Part shown: positions 37,019 through 45,696 of the stretch, piece after piece
Numbering within the stretch: position 1 is the first letter of the stretch
Layout: every line of letters begins with the position of its first letter
From: a virus
Lineage: Duplodnaviria > Caudoviricetes
Direction: 5' to 3' (one strand)
Virus record (IMG/VR): IMGVR_UViG_3300013111_000216
Location: 1 to 51,297 of that record
DNA length: 51,297 nucleotides
Notes under the pieces: model-generated
What the model saw: the letters and a program-made list of their open reading frames with translations, nothing else
What the model was told of the DNA's origin: nothing
Databases searched by the model: none
Position numbers and translations under genes: made by a program

Positions 37019-37389
37019 ACGAAGGAAAAGACATACCAGAATCTGTGTCCGTCATAGATTTTGCCGGACAAAGCTATGCTGTCCCAACTAGTATAGCCGC
37101 CGCTTTTCTCCAAACCTGCCAAGCTGTTGCCCCTGCGAGAGCTGGTGTGCAGGTTGTCTACTACACCACAGAATTCGACTACAACCGATTCTCTATTCGT
37201 CCGTGCTTAGTCGTCGACGAAAAAGATGATCACATAAAAAGGTTCCACGGCAACCCGTTAGGTATCCCACCCGTACCGGAACCGAAGCAAACTGAACTAG
37301 ACTTGGAGGACAAACCCGATGATCAAATTCACGACGCCAGTGAACCACGTGGTCCAGCCACATCGGACGTGGGAGATACTGGACAGTAG
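37015..37389 (+). CDS. Hypothetical protein
   Basis: ATGA coupling. Confidence 0.5.
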   Translation: MNEGKDIPESVSVIDFAGQSYAVPTSIAAAFLQTCQAVAPARAGVQVVYYTTEFDYNRFSIRPCLVVDEKDDHIKRFHGNPLGIPPVPEPKQTELDLEDKPDDQIHDASEPRGPATSDVGDTGQ

Positions 37390-38347
37390 CAAGATCAAAC
37401 AACTAATGACTTGTGAAAGGTGGTACTTTTTCGAATATGTCTTGGGATGGAGACCAGTACGAACCTCGAACGACCTATTACATGGGTCTGCATGGCACGA
37501 GGCAATGGCCATTATGTTGGAGTCGAGAGTCGATCCACCCGGGCCGGGATACGATACTGACCTCATCCCCCGGGCTTTGGCTGCTTACTCGGCTGTCTAC
37601 GAAGAACAATTCCCTCCGGGTACGGATGAGTATGAAGCTAATTATCCTAAGAATACGAAGGGCACTATTGAAGCCCTTCAGCGTTACGTAAAGGAATATG
37701 CCGCTGATGACTTTAAAGTCATGGTCTTGGATGGACAGCCTGCTATTGAGATTGCGGGCATGGCGTTACTCGATTTCGAGTCCGACCTCAAAATCGTTTT
37801 TCGATTGGACACCCTCGTGGAGGACGCCGCCGGGGACGGATGGATCCTCGAACGTAAAACCGCTAAAGCCTTCCCACGTCAGTGGATACAGCAGTGGGAG
37901 AATTCTATGCAAGCGTCGACATACATCCACGCAGCGTGGGCGTATCTCGGACGTGACCGGGTAGCTGGCCTAATTGCTGACGGTGTTGGTTTTCAGAAGA
38001 CCGCCACCAAATTCCTACGTCAGTATGTGCGCCGCTCTGTACCCCAGATGCAGTTGTGGCTAGATAACACGCGCAGGTGGGTAGGACGCCTTCAGCAGGA
38101 GCACGATAGATTGGCTGACACCTCCCCTTCTGACCAAGTGATGGAGGCGTTTCCCTGCAATTTTGAAGCCTGCACGAAATTCTACGGCTGCCCGTATATT
38201 TCTTTCTGTACTGGAGGAGCGAATATACTCCGTCTTGTTCACAACCTCAAAGAGCGTGGGCAGGAAGCCCCGCCGACATACACTGTCGAGCGTTGGGATC
38301 CAACGGAGCATTACGTTGAACCAGCCAAGATCAAGGTGGAAGTCTAA
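37319..38347 (+). CDS. PD-(D/E)XK nuclease (RecB/Cas4-like exonuclease)
   Basis: SSKIK...CER, HGSAWHE, RLDTL, ILERKT, Q...Y, C-terminal C..C.Y...C. Confidence 0.85.
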   Translation: MIKFTTPVNHVVQPHRTWEILDSSKIKQLMTCERWYFFEYVLGWRPVRTSNDLLHGSAWHEAMAIMLESRVDPPGPGYDTDLIPRALAAYSAVYEEQFPPGTDEYEANYPKNTKGTIEALQRYVKEYAADDFKVMVLDGQPAIEIAGMALLDFESDLKIVFRLDTLVEDAAGDGWILERKTAKAFPRQWIQQWENSMQASTYIHAAWAYLGRDRVAGLIADGVGFQKTATKFLRQYVRRSVPQMQLWLDNTRRWVGRLQQEHDRLADTSPSDQVMEAFPCNFEACTKFYGCPYISFCTGGANILRLVHNLKERGQEAPPTYTVERWDPTEHYVEPAKIKVEV

Positions 38348-38439
38348 CCCCGATACCGGGGGCGGCTTTCAATAGAATACGGGGTCTATTGAGAGAGGCT
38401 AGTTGTCCTCCGGCCAGCTCCCGGTCATAAGGAGAACCC

Positions 38440-38793
38440 GTGAACCAAAAGAAATTCGACATTAAGGATAGCAAAGGAAACCCTGTCGGAGTCGGATACA
38501 TCCCTGTGTTCCCGATGATGATGTTCATGGTCTGTAAGTGCGGCGGAGAGTTTCGACCAAGCCAACTACAGCCATTTGAAGGCAAAATCCAACAGGGGCT
38601 TCCCGCTCCTATCAACTACTTGTGTAACAAGTGTCAAGTGTCCTGTCTCACAGAAGAGATTATGCCCAGGTTGACACATGTTAACTCAGAACAACTAGAG
38701 GCTATGCGTGAACAACACAACAAACCCACCCCAGACGGTACAGAGCCAGGTGCAAGCTTCGACGGATTCGGAACAGAACCGGAAGAAGTATGA
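38440..38793 (+). CDS. Zn-ribbon hypothetical protein
   Basis: CKCGG...CNKC; AGGAG RBS. Confidence 0.55.
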   Translation: MNQKKFDIKDSKGNPVGVGYIPVFPMMMFMVCKCGGEFRPSQLQPFEGKIQQGLPAPINYLCNKCQVSCLTEEIMPRLTHVNSEQLEAMREQHNKPTPDGTEPGASFDGFGTEPEEV

Positions 38794-39577
38794 AGAACAG
38801 CGAGAGCGCCTTAAAGCCGCTTACACTGAAACCGCTCAAAACGATCGGTGCGCGTTCATCTTGTACGGCCCTAAAGGTTCCGGAAAAACTCGTACAGCAG
38901 CTACTGCACCGGGCCCAATCTGGTTTCACTCGTTCGATCCTCAGGGTACTGCTACCCTCCGTAAAGTCTATGCCGACGATATCGCCAGCGGCAGGATCGT
39001 CATTGATAATTCGTTTGAGAAAGAAATCGTCACTCGTGGCATCCAGCTTACTGGTGCTCAACAATGGGACAGATGGTTACAAACTGTCAACCAAATGTAC
39101 AGGGACGGTGTTTTCAACTGCATACGAACATACGTGTTGGACTCCCTATCGTTTGTGGCCGAGGCGTTGATGAACAAGGAGATCCAACGGAAGAAACGTA
39201 AAGACGGACACCCGGCGATCCAAGACTGGCTTATGTGCCAGAACATCCTCAAAGAACAACTCGTCCGCCTAGTCAACCTCCCCTGCTATGTTATCGTAAC
39301 AGGACACGGCGAGATCGAGAAGGACGAAAAAGAAGGAGGACTTGTCGGCTCTCTATACACAGTCGGCAAACGATCAAAAGTAACTATCCCCCCGGTCTTC
39401 TCGGAGATGTACTATGTTGAACGTACCACATCCGGAGCAAGGATTCATACTCGCCCGTACAAAGCGTTTGAAGCGGGAACAAGAATCGGGGCAGACACTT
39501 TCGCGGCTACAGAAGAAGCAGATATTACGAAACTACTCGAAAAGGCAGGATACGAGTGGCAAGACAAGGAGTTCTAA
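38708..39577 (+). CDS. AAA_24/Sak4-like P-loop ATPase (recombination)
   Basis: Walker A YGPKGSGKT, Walker B YVLDSLS, VIVTGH; sits between exonuclease and SSB-like gene. Confidence 0.8.
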   Translation: MNNTTNPPQTVQSQVQASTDSEQNRKKYEEQRERLKAAYTETAQNDRCAFILYGPKGSGKTRTAATAPGPIWFHSFDPQGTATLRKVYADDIASGRIVIDNSFEKEIVTRGIQLTGAQQWDRWLQTVNQMYRDGVFNCIRTYVLDSLSFVAEALMNKEIQRKKRKDGHPAIQDWLMCQNILKEQLVRLVNLPCYVIVTGHGEIEKDEKEGGLVGSLYTVGKRSKVTIPPVFSEMYYVERTTSGARIHTRPYKAFEAGTRIGADTFAATEEADITKLLEKAGYEWQDKEF

Positions 39578-39578
39578 C

Positions 39579-39815
39579 ATGGCTGTAGACAACTGGGCAC
39601 ACCGGAGCACTACAATGAGGTGTCAGACTTGTATGTGGTGGGTAGAAAAAACGCCAAGAGGATCTGATTACAGACCTATCGGGCGTTGCCGTCACAGATC
39701 CCCAACCGTCAAAGGGTGGCCAGCAGTATTCCCTGACGACTGGTGTGGTGATCACAAGATTGACGAAACCAAACTACCCGGACGCCCTGCCATTCCATCA
39801 AAGGAGAAAATCTAA
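39579..39815 (+). CDS. Small Cys-rich protein
   Basis: CQTC...GRCR...WP.V...DWCGDH. Confidence 0.6.
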   Translation: MAVDNWAHRSTTMRCQTCMWWVEKTPRGSDYRPIGRCRHRSPTVKGWPAVFPDDWCGDHKIDETKLPGRPAIPSKEKI

Positions 39816-39816
39816 C

Positions 39817-40041
39817 ATGGCACTTGGCGTAGTTGACATACTCAACGTGATCAAACACACGAAGAAACCAAAACGAGTAACCGCCGCCCCCTGGGAGCAC
39901 TCCCGTCGGGCGATACTCAAATCCTTTGTCGAATTACTCGAAGAAAAACGAGTAACCATCCCGGCTGACGCCCTCTCGTTGCCCGAGGATGAAGAAACAG
40001 AAGAGGGAGAAGAAAAGAAGGAGGACGAATCCAATGGATAA
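39817..40041 (+). CDS. Hypothetical protein
   Basis: AGGAG RBS. Confidence 0.5.
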   Translation: MALGVVDILNVIKHTKKPKRVTAAPWEHSRRAILKSFVELLEEKRVTIPADALSLPEDEETEEGEEKKEDESNG

Positions 40042-40534
40042 TGACTTTGGATTCCTCGATGATCGAATGGATGACGTTCCGGAGCCAACCCTGCTCCCGG
40101 TCGGTACTGAGTGCAAGATCAAGATTGCCGCTATGTACGTTGGCCGGGGCAGGAACTCTGGAAAGCCCTACGTTCGTGCTTCCTTCGTCGTCACCGACGG
40201 CGATCTGAAAAACGAAGAGGGTGAAGCAATCCTCCCTGTGGCTATTCCGATGATGTCTAGCTTCATCAGTCAGCCTGCAGATGAGGATGATGAAAACACC
40301 GCGATGAACAAGAAGATGCGGTGGAAGGGTTTCCTCAGTACCTTTGGCCTGTTGGAAGATTTCGGCAATCGTGGGTTCACTACAGTGACCGACGAAAACG
40401 AGACAGTATTTCTCTGTTGGGCCGATACTGCCGAGAAGGTCGAGGGTTACGAAGCCTGGGCGACGGTGGATCAAGAGGTTGGCGAAGACGGTGTTACTCG
40501 TAACACTATCAAAGCTTACACCTCAAAAGCCTGA
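40034..40534 (+). CDS. Single-stranded DNA-binding protein (DUF669-like)
   Basis: LLPVG..KIKI, SGKPYVR and RNTIK..Y pattern; follows the Sak4-like ATPase. Confidence 0.6.
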   Translation: MDNDFGFLDDRMDDVPEPTLLPVGTECKIKIAAMYVGRGRNSGKPYVRASFVVTDGDLKNEEGEAILPVAIPMMSSFISQPADEDDENTAMNKKMRWKGFLSTFGLLEDFGNRGFTTVTDENETVFLCWADTAEKVEGYEAWATVDQEVGEDGVTRNTIKAYTSKA

Positions 40535-40582
40535 TCTGCCTCAGGGGAAGCTGAGTCCACACACTTGGCTTCCCCAACTTCT

Positions 40583-40597
40583 GTTCCATTTTGTAAC
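40583..40597. promoter_or_regulatory. parS-like palindrome copy 9 (GTTCCA-TTT-TGTAAC)
   Basis: Intergenic, just after a GGGGAAGC/GCTTCCCC hairpin, upstream of the ParB-MTase operon. Confidence 0.65.
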
Positions 40598-40612
40598 ACT
40601 AGTGGATAATAA

Positions 40613-40972
40613 ATGAACAAGAATCCCCGCCACAGGGCATCTACACCAGCCGTCAGGTTGGCCTTCGATCTCTCCGAAGAGATGTATAACGACCTCAGAG
40701 ACCACGTACCGAAAGGTTTCACACGTAAGATATTCCTTCATGTGATTGATAAAGTAATCTTGACAATCAAGAACGAAGGCGATGTAGGGTTAACCACCCT
40801 CTACAACGGCCACTTCGATATTAACACCACTAAATGTTATGTCGAAGAGCGAACCAAGCTCGTCGGGTTGATGCAAAAGGTAGCGGAAGAAATACCTGAC
40901 GGCAAAGCCAAGGACGATCTTCATTCGCTGTTCGGGATACTGTTAAAAATGGAGGGCGTTGATGAAGCTTGA
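40613..40972 (+). CDS. Hypothetical protein, possible ribbon-helix-helix
   Basis: RLAFDLSEEMYNDL beta-alpha start. Confidence 0.5.
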   Translation: MNKNPRHRASTPAVRLAFDLSEEMYNDLRDHVPKGFTRKIFLHVIDKVILTIKNEGDVGLTTLYNGHFDINTTKCYVEERTKLVGLMQKVAEEIPDGKAKDDLHSLFGILLKMEGVDEA

Positions 40973-41234
40973 GGGAATGAGAAACTCTATTTGTGATCTA
41001 ACCCCTGCGACCGCAATCGCCATTATTCTCGAACAAAGACGCGAGCGCATGGAGTTTACAATAGCCACATCAAAACGCAACTACACCAAAGCGCAGAAGA
41101 CGCGCATCAACAAGTCTGTCAAGAAAAAGGAAGCCTTCCGGGATCTAGCTGCTTCCCTTGATGAAGATAAACTACGTGAACTGTTAAAGAAAAGATTCGG
41201 AGACGACAGTGTTCCAGAAGCCAACGCGGACTGA
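40959..41234 (+). CDS. Hypothetical basic protein
   Basis: ORF in operon. Confidence 0.55.
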   Translation: MMKLEGMRNSICDLTPATAIAIILEQRRERMEFTIATSKRNYTKAQKTRINKSVKKKEAFRDLAASLDEDKLRELLKKRFGDDSVPEANAD

Positions 41235-42564
41235 TACGATTGAAAGAAAAACAATCTTTGTGGGGGAACGTGCTAGACAGGATATCGAAGATAAGGAATT
41301 ACAAAACTTGGTTAAGTCCATCAGATCGGTCGGATTGATCGAGCCGTTGGCTGTAGTGGAAGGAGGCCCAGATGGCCACAAATATACCCTTCTGGCTGGA
41401 GGCAGGAGGATCATCGCTTGCGACAAACTCGACTACGACGAGATACCAGTTAACATATACCCGAAAGATATCGACGAAGAACAGCGACAAACCATCGAGC
41501 TCCACGAAAACCTGCACCGCGTTGACCTATCGTGGGCCGAAGAAAAACTTATCAAAGCCAAGATCCACGAGCTACAGCTCAAGGTCAAGGGGAAAAAATC
41601 TGCCACCAATCCCGAGGGTGCGTCAATGGCAGAGACGGCGAAGGAGCTGAAGACCTCCAAAGCCGACGTCTCCCGTGCCGTGCAAATGGCCGAGGCGTTG
41701 AAGGCCCACCCTGAGTTGGCCAAAGCTAAGACCGAGAAGCAGGCTCGGCAGATGTTGGATCGTATGGAACGTGAGGTTCGTGCCAAGAAGATTGCACAGG
41801 AGGTTAAGGAAGAATCCTCTGCGGGCGGCAAGTTCAAGAAGATGGTTATCTCGTCCTACGTCACCGGGAACGCCCTCGAAGGGTTATCCCACGTCGCAGA
41901 GAACACTGCTGACTTGATGCTTATTGACCCTCCGTATGTGATCGACTTTGCCAAACGCCGCGACGAGACCCGCAACCATGATATTGACTACACTGAGTGG
42001 GCTCACGACGATATGCTACAGAATATACCCGCCGTCCTTGCGTATGCCAGCAAGATACTCAAGCCGGAGGGTTGGCTAATACTATGGTTCGCCACAACTT
42101 ATCAACAATTCCTATACGATATGCTCGGTAAGTTCAAATTCGCTGCGAATACAATGCCGGCGATCTGGTACAAAGGAGGTCAAGGTGAAACTATGCGCCC
42201 TGACATGGCCCTCGCACCAACCTACGAGCCTTTCATCTATGCGCGCCACGCTGGTGCGAAGGCAAAGTTGGTTAAGAAGGGCCGCTCGTGTGTCTTCCAC
42301 TTCAAACCTGTTCCACCAGCGAAGAAGATCCACGAGACCGAGAAGCCTATCGAACTCATGGAGGAAATCATCGCGACTTTCTCCGGAGTTCACGACCGCA
42401 AAACTATCGTTTCTCCTTTTCTTGGCTCTGGGAACGATATTCTGGCTGGAGTTAATCACGGACACCGTGTTATCGGTTGGGACCTCAGCGAGAAACAGTC
42501 TGAACTCTTCGCGGATCGCGTGATGTCCTCGATTCACCCGTTTAGGAGTTATGATGAAGGTTGA
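41209..42564 (+). CDS. ParB-like CTPase/HTH domain fused to a beta-class DNA methyltransferase
   Basis: GLIEPL, AGGRRIIA and ENLHRVDL (ParB); HTH SMAETAKELKTSKADVSRAV; DPPY, HETEKP and SPFLGSG (MTase). Confidence 0.9.
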   Translation: MFQKPTRTDTIERKTIFVGERARQDIEDKELQNLVKSIRSVGLIEPLAVVEGGPDGHKYTLLAGGRRIIACDKLDYDEIPVNIYPKDIDEEQRQTIELHENLHRVDLSWAEEKLIKAKIHELQLKVKGKKSATNPEGASMAETAKELKTSKADVSRAVQMAEALKAHPELAKAKTEKQARQMLDRMEREVRAKKIAQEVKEESSAGGKFKKMVISSYVTGNALEGLSHVAENTADLMLIDPPYVIDFAKRRDETRNHDIDYTEWAHDDMLQNIPAVLAYASKILKPEGWLILWFATTYQQFLYDMLGKFKFAANTMPAIWYKGGQGETMRPDMALAPTYEPFIYARHAGAKAKLVKKGRSCVFHFKPVPPAKKIHETEKPIELMEEIIATFSGVHDRKTIVSPFLGSGNDILAGVNHGHRVIGWDLSEKQSELFADRVMSSIHPFRSYDEG

Positions 42565-42922
42565 GTATTGGGGCTGGATACGCCGGGACGATCTCAAACA
42601 CAATAGAGACAAACTGTTCCTGTTTGGCGACAACGTGGAACAAAAAGGTCTTGGTGGTCAGGCCAAAGAGATGCGCGGTGAACCTAATGCTATAGGGGTA
42701 CCTACGAAAAAATCTCCTCATATGAGAACAGAAGCGTTCTTTTGTGATAGTGAGTATGACGACAACATACGAGCTATTGACAAAGCGTTCGAAAAGATTC
42801 TTGAACATGATAGAACCATTGTTATCCCTACAATGGGCCTAGGTACAGGATACGCAAAGCTGAAACATATGGCGCCTCGTACTTGGGAATATCTTCAAAT
42901 GCGTCTGAATGAGTTACAATGA
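42551..42922 (+). CDS. Phage protein with an FLFGDN...GGQA motif (macro-like, A1S_2505-type)
   Basis: LFLFGDN, GGQAK, NAIGVPTK, GLGTG. Confidence 0.55.
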   Translation: MMKVEYWGWIRRDDLKHNRDKLFLFGDNVEQKGLGGQAKEMRGEPNAIGVPTKKSPHMRTEAFFCDSEYDDNIRAIDKAFEKILEHDRTIVIPTMGLGTGYAKLKHMAPRTWEYLQMRLNELQ

Positions 42923-43030
42923 CTGACGAAGAACGCATCGAGCTCCTTGAAAGAAAGGTAGCAAGACTAGAAGGATACATACGGGCACGCTTTTGGCGCT
43001 ACGGCCCACCACATCTCCCAAAGGTAGAAA

Positions 43031-43237
43031 ATGATAAAGCAAGACTACGATTCGTCGACTCAAGAGACTCTAGTGTTCGACGTCCACTGTGACCGTTGTA
43101 CTCACTCGAAGACATACCGAGTAGAGAGCTGGAACGTCTTAGTTGCTTTCATGGCACGGGACGACTGGTTGAACTACAAAGACGCTGACGAATGGAACCA
43201 TCACTGTTCGGAGTGTAAGAAAGAGACACTTTCATGA
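43031..43237 (+). CDS. Small Zn-finger protein
   Basis: CDRC...HHCSEC. Confidence 0.55.
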   Translation: MIKQDYDSSTQETLVFDVHCDRCTHSKTYRVESWNVLVAFMARDDWLNYKDADEWNHHCSECKKETLS

Positions 43238-45696
43238 ACCTAGTACCCGGTCAAGGCCCACTTGATGCACAGATCTGTTTCGTTGGTGAGGCACCCGGCC
43301 ACAAGGAAGCGGCGGTAGGTATACCATTTATCGGTCCCGCTGGTTCGCTTCTTTTCGACCAGCTAGCTCGTGCCGCCGGTATCGTGCGTAACCAGTGTTA
43401 TATCACCAACGTCGTAAAAACTCTACCCCATAAGAGCATAAGTAGCTTCGTCGATCTAAGCAAAAAGCAGGCGGTTGAATCCGACGCCTTTGTAGAATTC
43501 AAGAGTATTCTAAAAGAAGAGCTTGAACAGATACGACCAAACGTGGTTGTGGCTGTCGGTAATGTACCGCTATGGGCCTTGACAGGTTTGAAGGGGATAA
43601 CTAAGTGGCGGGGTTCTATATTGGAATCCACCCTGGTACCGGGTCTCAAGGTTATTCCAATCATCCACCCGGCGTCCGTCCTTCGGGGTATGTACAAGTG
43701 GCGCCACTACATACAACGTGATCTAGCGAGGGTCTTGTCGGAATCTGTCTCCCCTGACATCATATCTCCCAAACACGACTTGATCCTCGCTCCTGACTTC
43801 ACCACATCGATGGAGTTTCTCGAGGATTGCAAAAAGGCGAAGGAGGTGGGCTTTGATATTGAAGTCATGCACGATCACATATCCTGTTTCAGCTTCTCAA
43901 TCGACGAGCGAACAGCAATTTCTATACCTATCCAATGTAAAGCCGGGCACTACTTCGATCCTGACCAAGAGACAGCTATTATCACTACGATGGGAGATGT
44001 TCTTGAGAATCCGGACATCGAGAAGGTCATACAGAACGCAATCTTTGACTCAGGTTTTGTATACAATGATTATGGGATAGTAACCAATAATATGTTCTGT
44101 ACAATGGTGGCACATAAGATGCTCTACCCTGAGTTTGAAGCAGGGTTGGACTTCATGACCTCTGTCCTAACCGAGGTTCCATACTACAAGGACGAGGGTA
44201 AGATATGGGGTAAACTAGTATGGGAAGAACGGGACTTCTGGCGCTACTCTGCGTTGGACTCCGTAGTCCTTCTCCCCATCAAACACAAACTCGAAGCACA
44301 GTTGGACCGAGTGGGTATTCGAGATTCCTTCGATATCAGAATGGCGCAGTTGCACCCACTACACGCCATGACATTCTACGGAGTGAGGACAGATCACAAT
44401 GGGCTTCAAAACGAACGCGATAAGTTGGAGGGGCAAATCGCCCGGAACCAGCAGACCCTCGACGATCTTGTCGGACGACCTCTCAATCCAAATTCCACGA
44501 AACAGCTTCAAGACTACTTCTATAACGAACTTAATATCAAACCGTACATCAATCGAAAGACTAAGCGACCAACCACAGACGCTACGGCACTGGTGCGACT
44601 TAGCACAACTCATGGAAGAAAAGAAGCCTCAACCATCCTCGATATCCGACATGATAGAAAGTTACTGTCAACCTATTACGATGCAAAGTTAGACGACGAT
44701 GGACGTACGCGTGGTAACTACAACCCGGCCGGCACACGGTCCGGAAGGCTTTCATCATCTAAGACGATCTTTGGTACCGGTCTTAATATGCAGAATATCC
44801 CACCTGGGATGGACAGGTATCTCGTTGCAGATGATGGGTATGTTATTATCTCTATCGACCTCTCCCAAGCCGAAAACCGTGTGGTTGCATATATCGCGCC
44901 GGAGCAGAAAATGCAGGCCGCCTTTGAAAGAGGAGAGGATATTCACGCTCTCACTGCATCGGCCATTTTTAAGATACCTCCTGATCAGATAAGCGACGAA
45001 CCCGGATCTGCGCCGTTCGCTGGAGGGAAGTATTCACAAAGGTTCTGGGGAAAGAAGGGGAACCATGCGATCAACTACCACGAAGGGCACGTCACATTCG
45101 CGCTCCAGAATGAGATGCCTCAAAAAGAGGCGAAACTTATTCTTGACTCGATTCTCGCGATGTATCCGGGACTACCTAACTACTGGGCTTGGATTGAACG
45201 TGCTATCCGTTCAGACAGAACTCTTATCGACTGCTTCGACAAGAAGAGAATCTTCTGGGGAGATCCTCGCGATAACGATACGATGCGAGAGGCTTACTCA
45301 TTTATACCACAATCTACTGTGCGACAGATCATGGATAGATGGGGAATGCTCTATGTCTACAACGAGCCAGAGCTCAGCGAAGTCATCCAAATCCGCGACA
45401 AACACGACTCGATGGATCTCCTTTTCCCACTCAAGCATGGCTGGCGTTGGATCGCTGAGCGAGTATTTCTCATCACCCGTAACCTTGAGCAGCCCCTTTT
45501 CTATCGAGGAGCAGAATGGACAATACCTGCTGATGTCTCCATAGGTATGAACCTTGCCAAGAGGGATAAAGACAATCCTATGGGGCTCAAGGAGTGTACC
45601 AATTTCAAGTATGGCTCCGGTACTGGCCCTATGGCCGCTGCGTTAGAAAAAGATGCCACCGAACCACTAAAACTATTCGAAGATCTCTATGTTTGA
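43234..45696 (+). CDS. polA: Family A DNA polymerase with N-terminal family-4-like uracil-DNA glycosylase and 3'-5' exonuclease domains
   Basis: UDG motifs GEAPG, PFIGPAG, YITNVVK, IHPA; exonuclease FDIE, QNAIFD, YSALD; polymerase GRLSS, NMQN, DLSQAE, RxxxKxxNH, HDS. Confidence 0.9.
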   Translation: MNLVPGQGPLDAQICFVGEAPGHKEAAVGIPFIGPAGSLLFDQLARAAGIVRNQCYITNVVKTLPHKSISSFVDLSKKQAVESDAFVEFKSILKEELEQIRPNVVVAVGNVPLWALTGLKGITKWRGSILESTLVPGLKVIPIIHPASVLRGMYKWRHYIQRDLARVLSESVSPDIISPKHDLILAPDFTTSMEFLEDCKKAKEVGFDIEVMHDHISCFSFSIDERTAISIPIQCKAGHYFDPDQETAIITTMGDVLENPDIEKVIQNAIFDSGFVYNDYGIVTNNMFCTMVAHKMLYPEFEAGLDFMTSVLTEVPYYKDEGKIWGKLVWEERDFWRYSALDSVVLLPIKHKLEAQLDRVGIRDSFDIRMAQLHPLHAMTFYGVRTDHNGLQNERDKLEGQIARNQQTLDDLVGRPLNPNSTKQLQDYFYNELNIKPYINRKTKRPTTDATALVRLSTTHGRKEASTILDIRHDRKLLSTYYDAKLDDDGRTRGNYNPAGTRSGRLSSSKTIFGTGLNMQNIPPGMDRYLVADDGYVIISIDLSQAENRVVAYIAPEQKMQAAFERGEDIHALTASAIFKIPPDQISDEPGSAPFAGGKYSQRFWGKKGNHAINYHEGHVTFALQNEMPQKEAKLILDSILAMYPGLPNYWAWIERAIRSDRTLIDCFDKKRIFWGDPRDNDTMREAYSFIPQSTVRQIMDRWGMLYVYNEPELSEVIQIRDKHDSMDLLFPLKHGWRWIAERVFLITRNLEQPLFYRGAEWTIPADVSIGMNLAKRDKDNPMGLKECTNFKYGSGTGPMAAALEKDATEPLKLFEDLYV

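Noticed and set aside
37319-38347. CRISPR-associated Cas4
   Set aside because: The context (Sak4-like ATPase, SSB-like protein) fits a phage recombination exonuclease; no cas1/cas2
43234-45696. DpoZ / Z-base or hmU-substituted genome
   Set aside because: No PurZ, dATPase, dCMP deaminase or hydroxymethylase gene recognised
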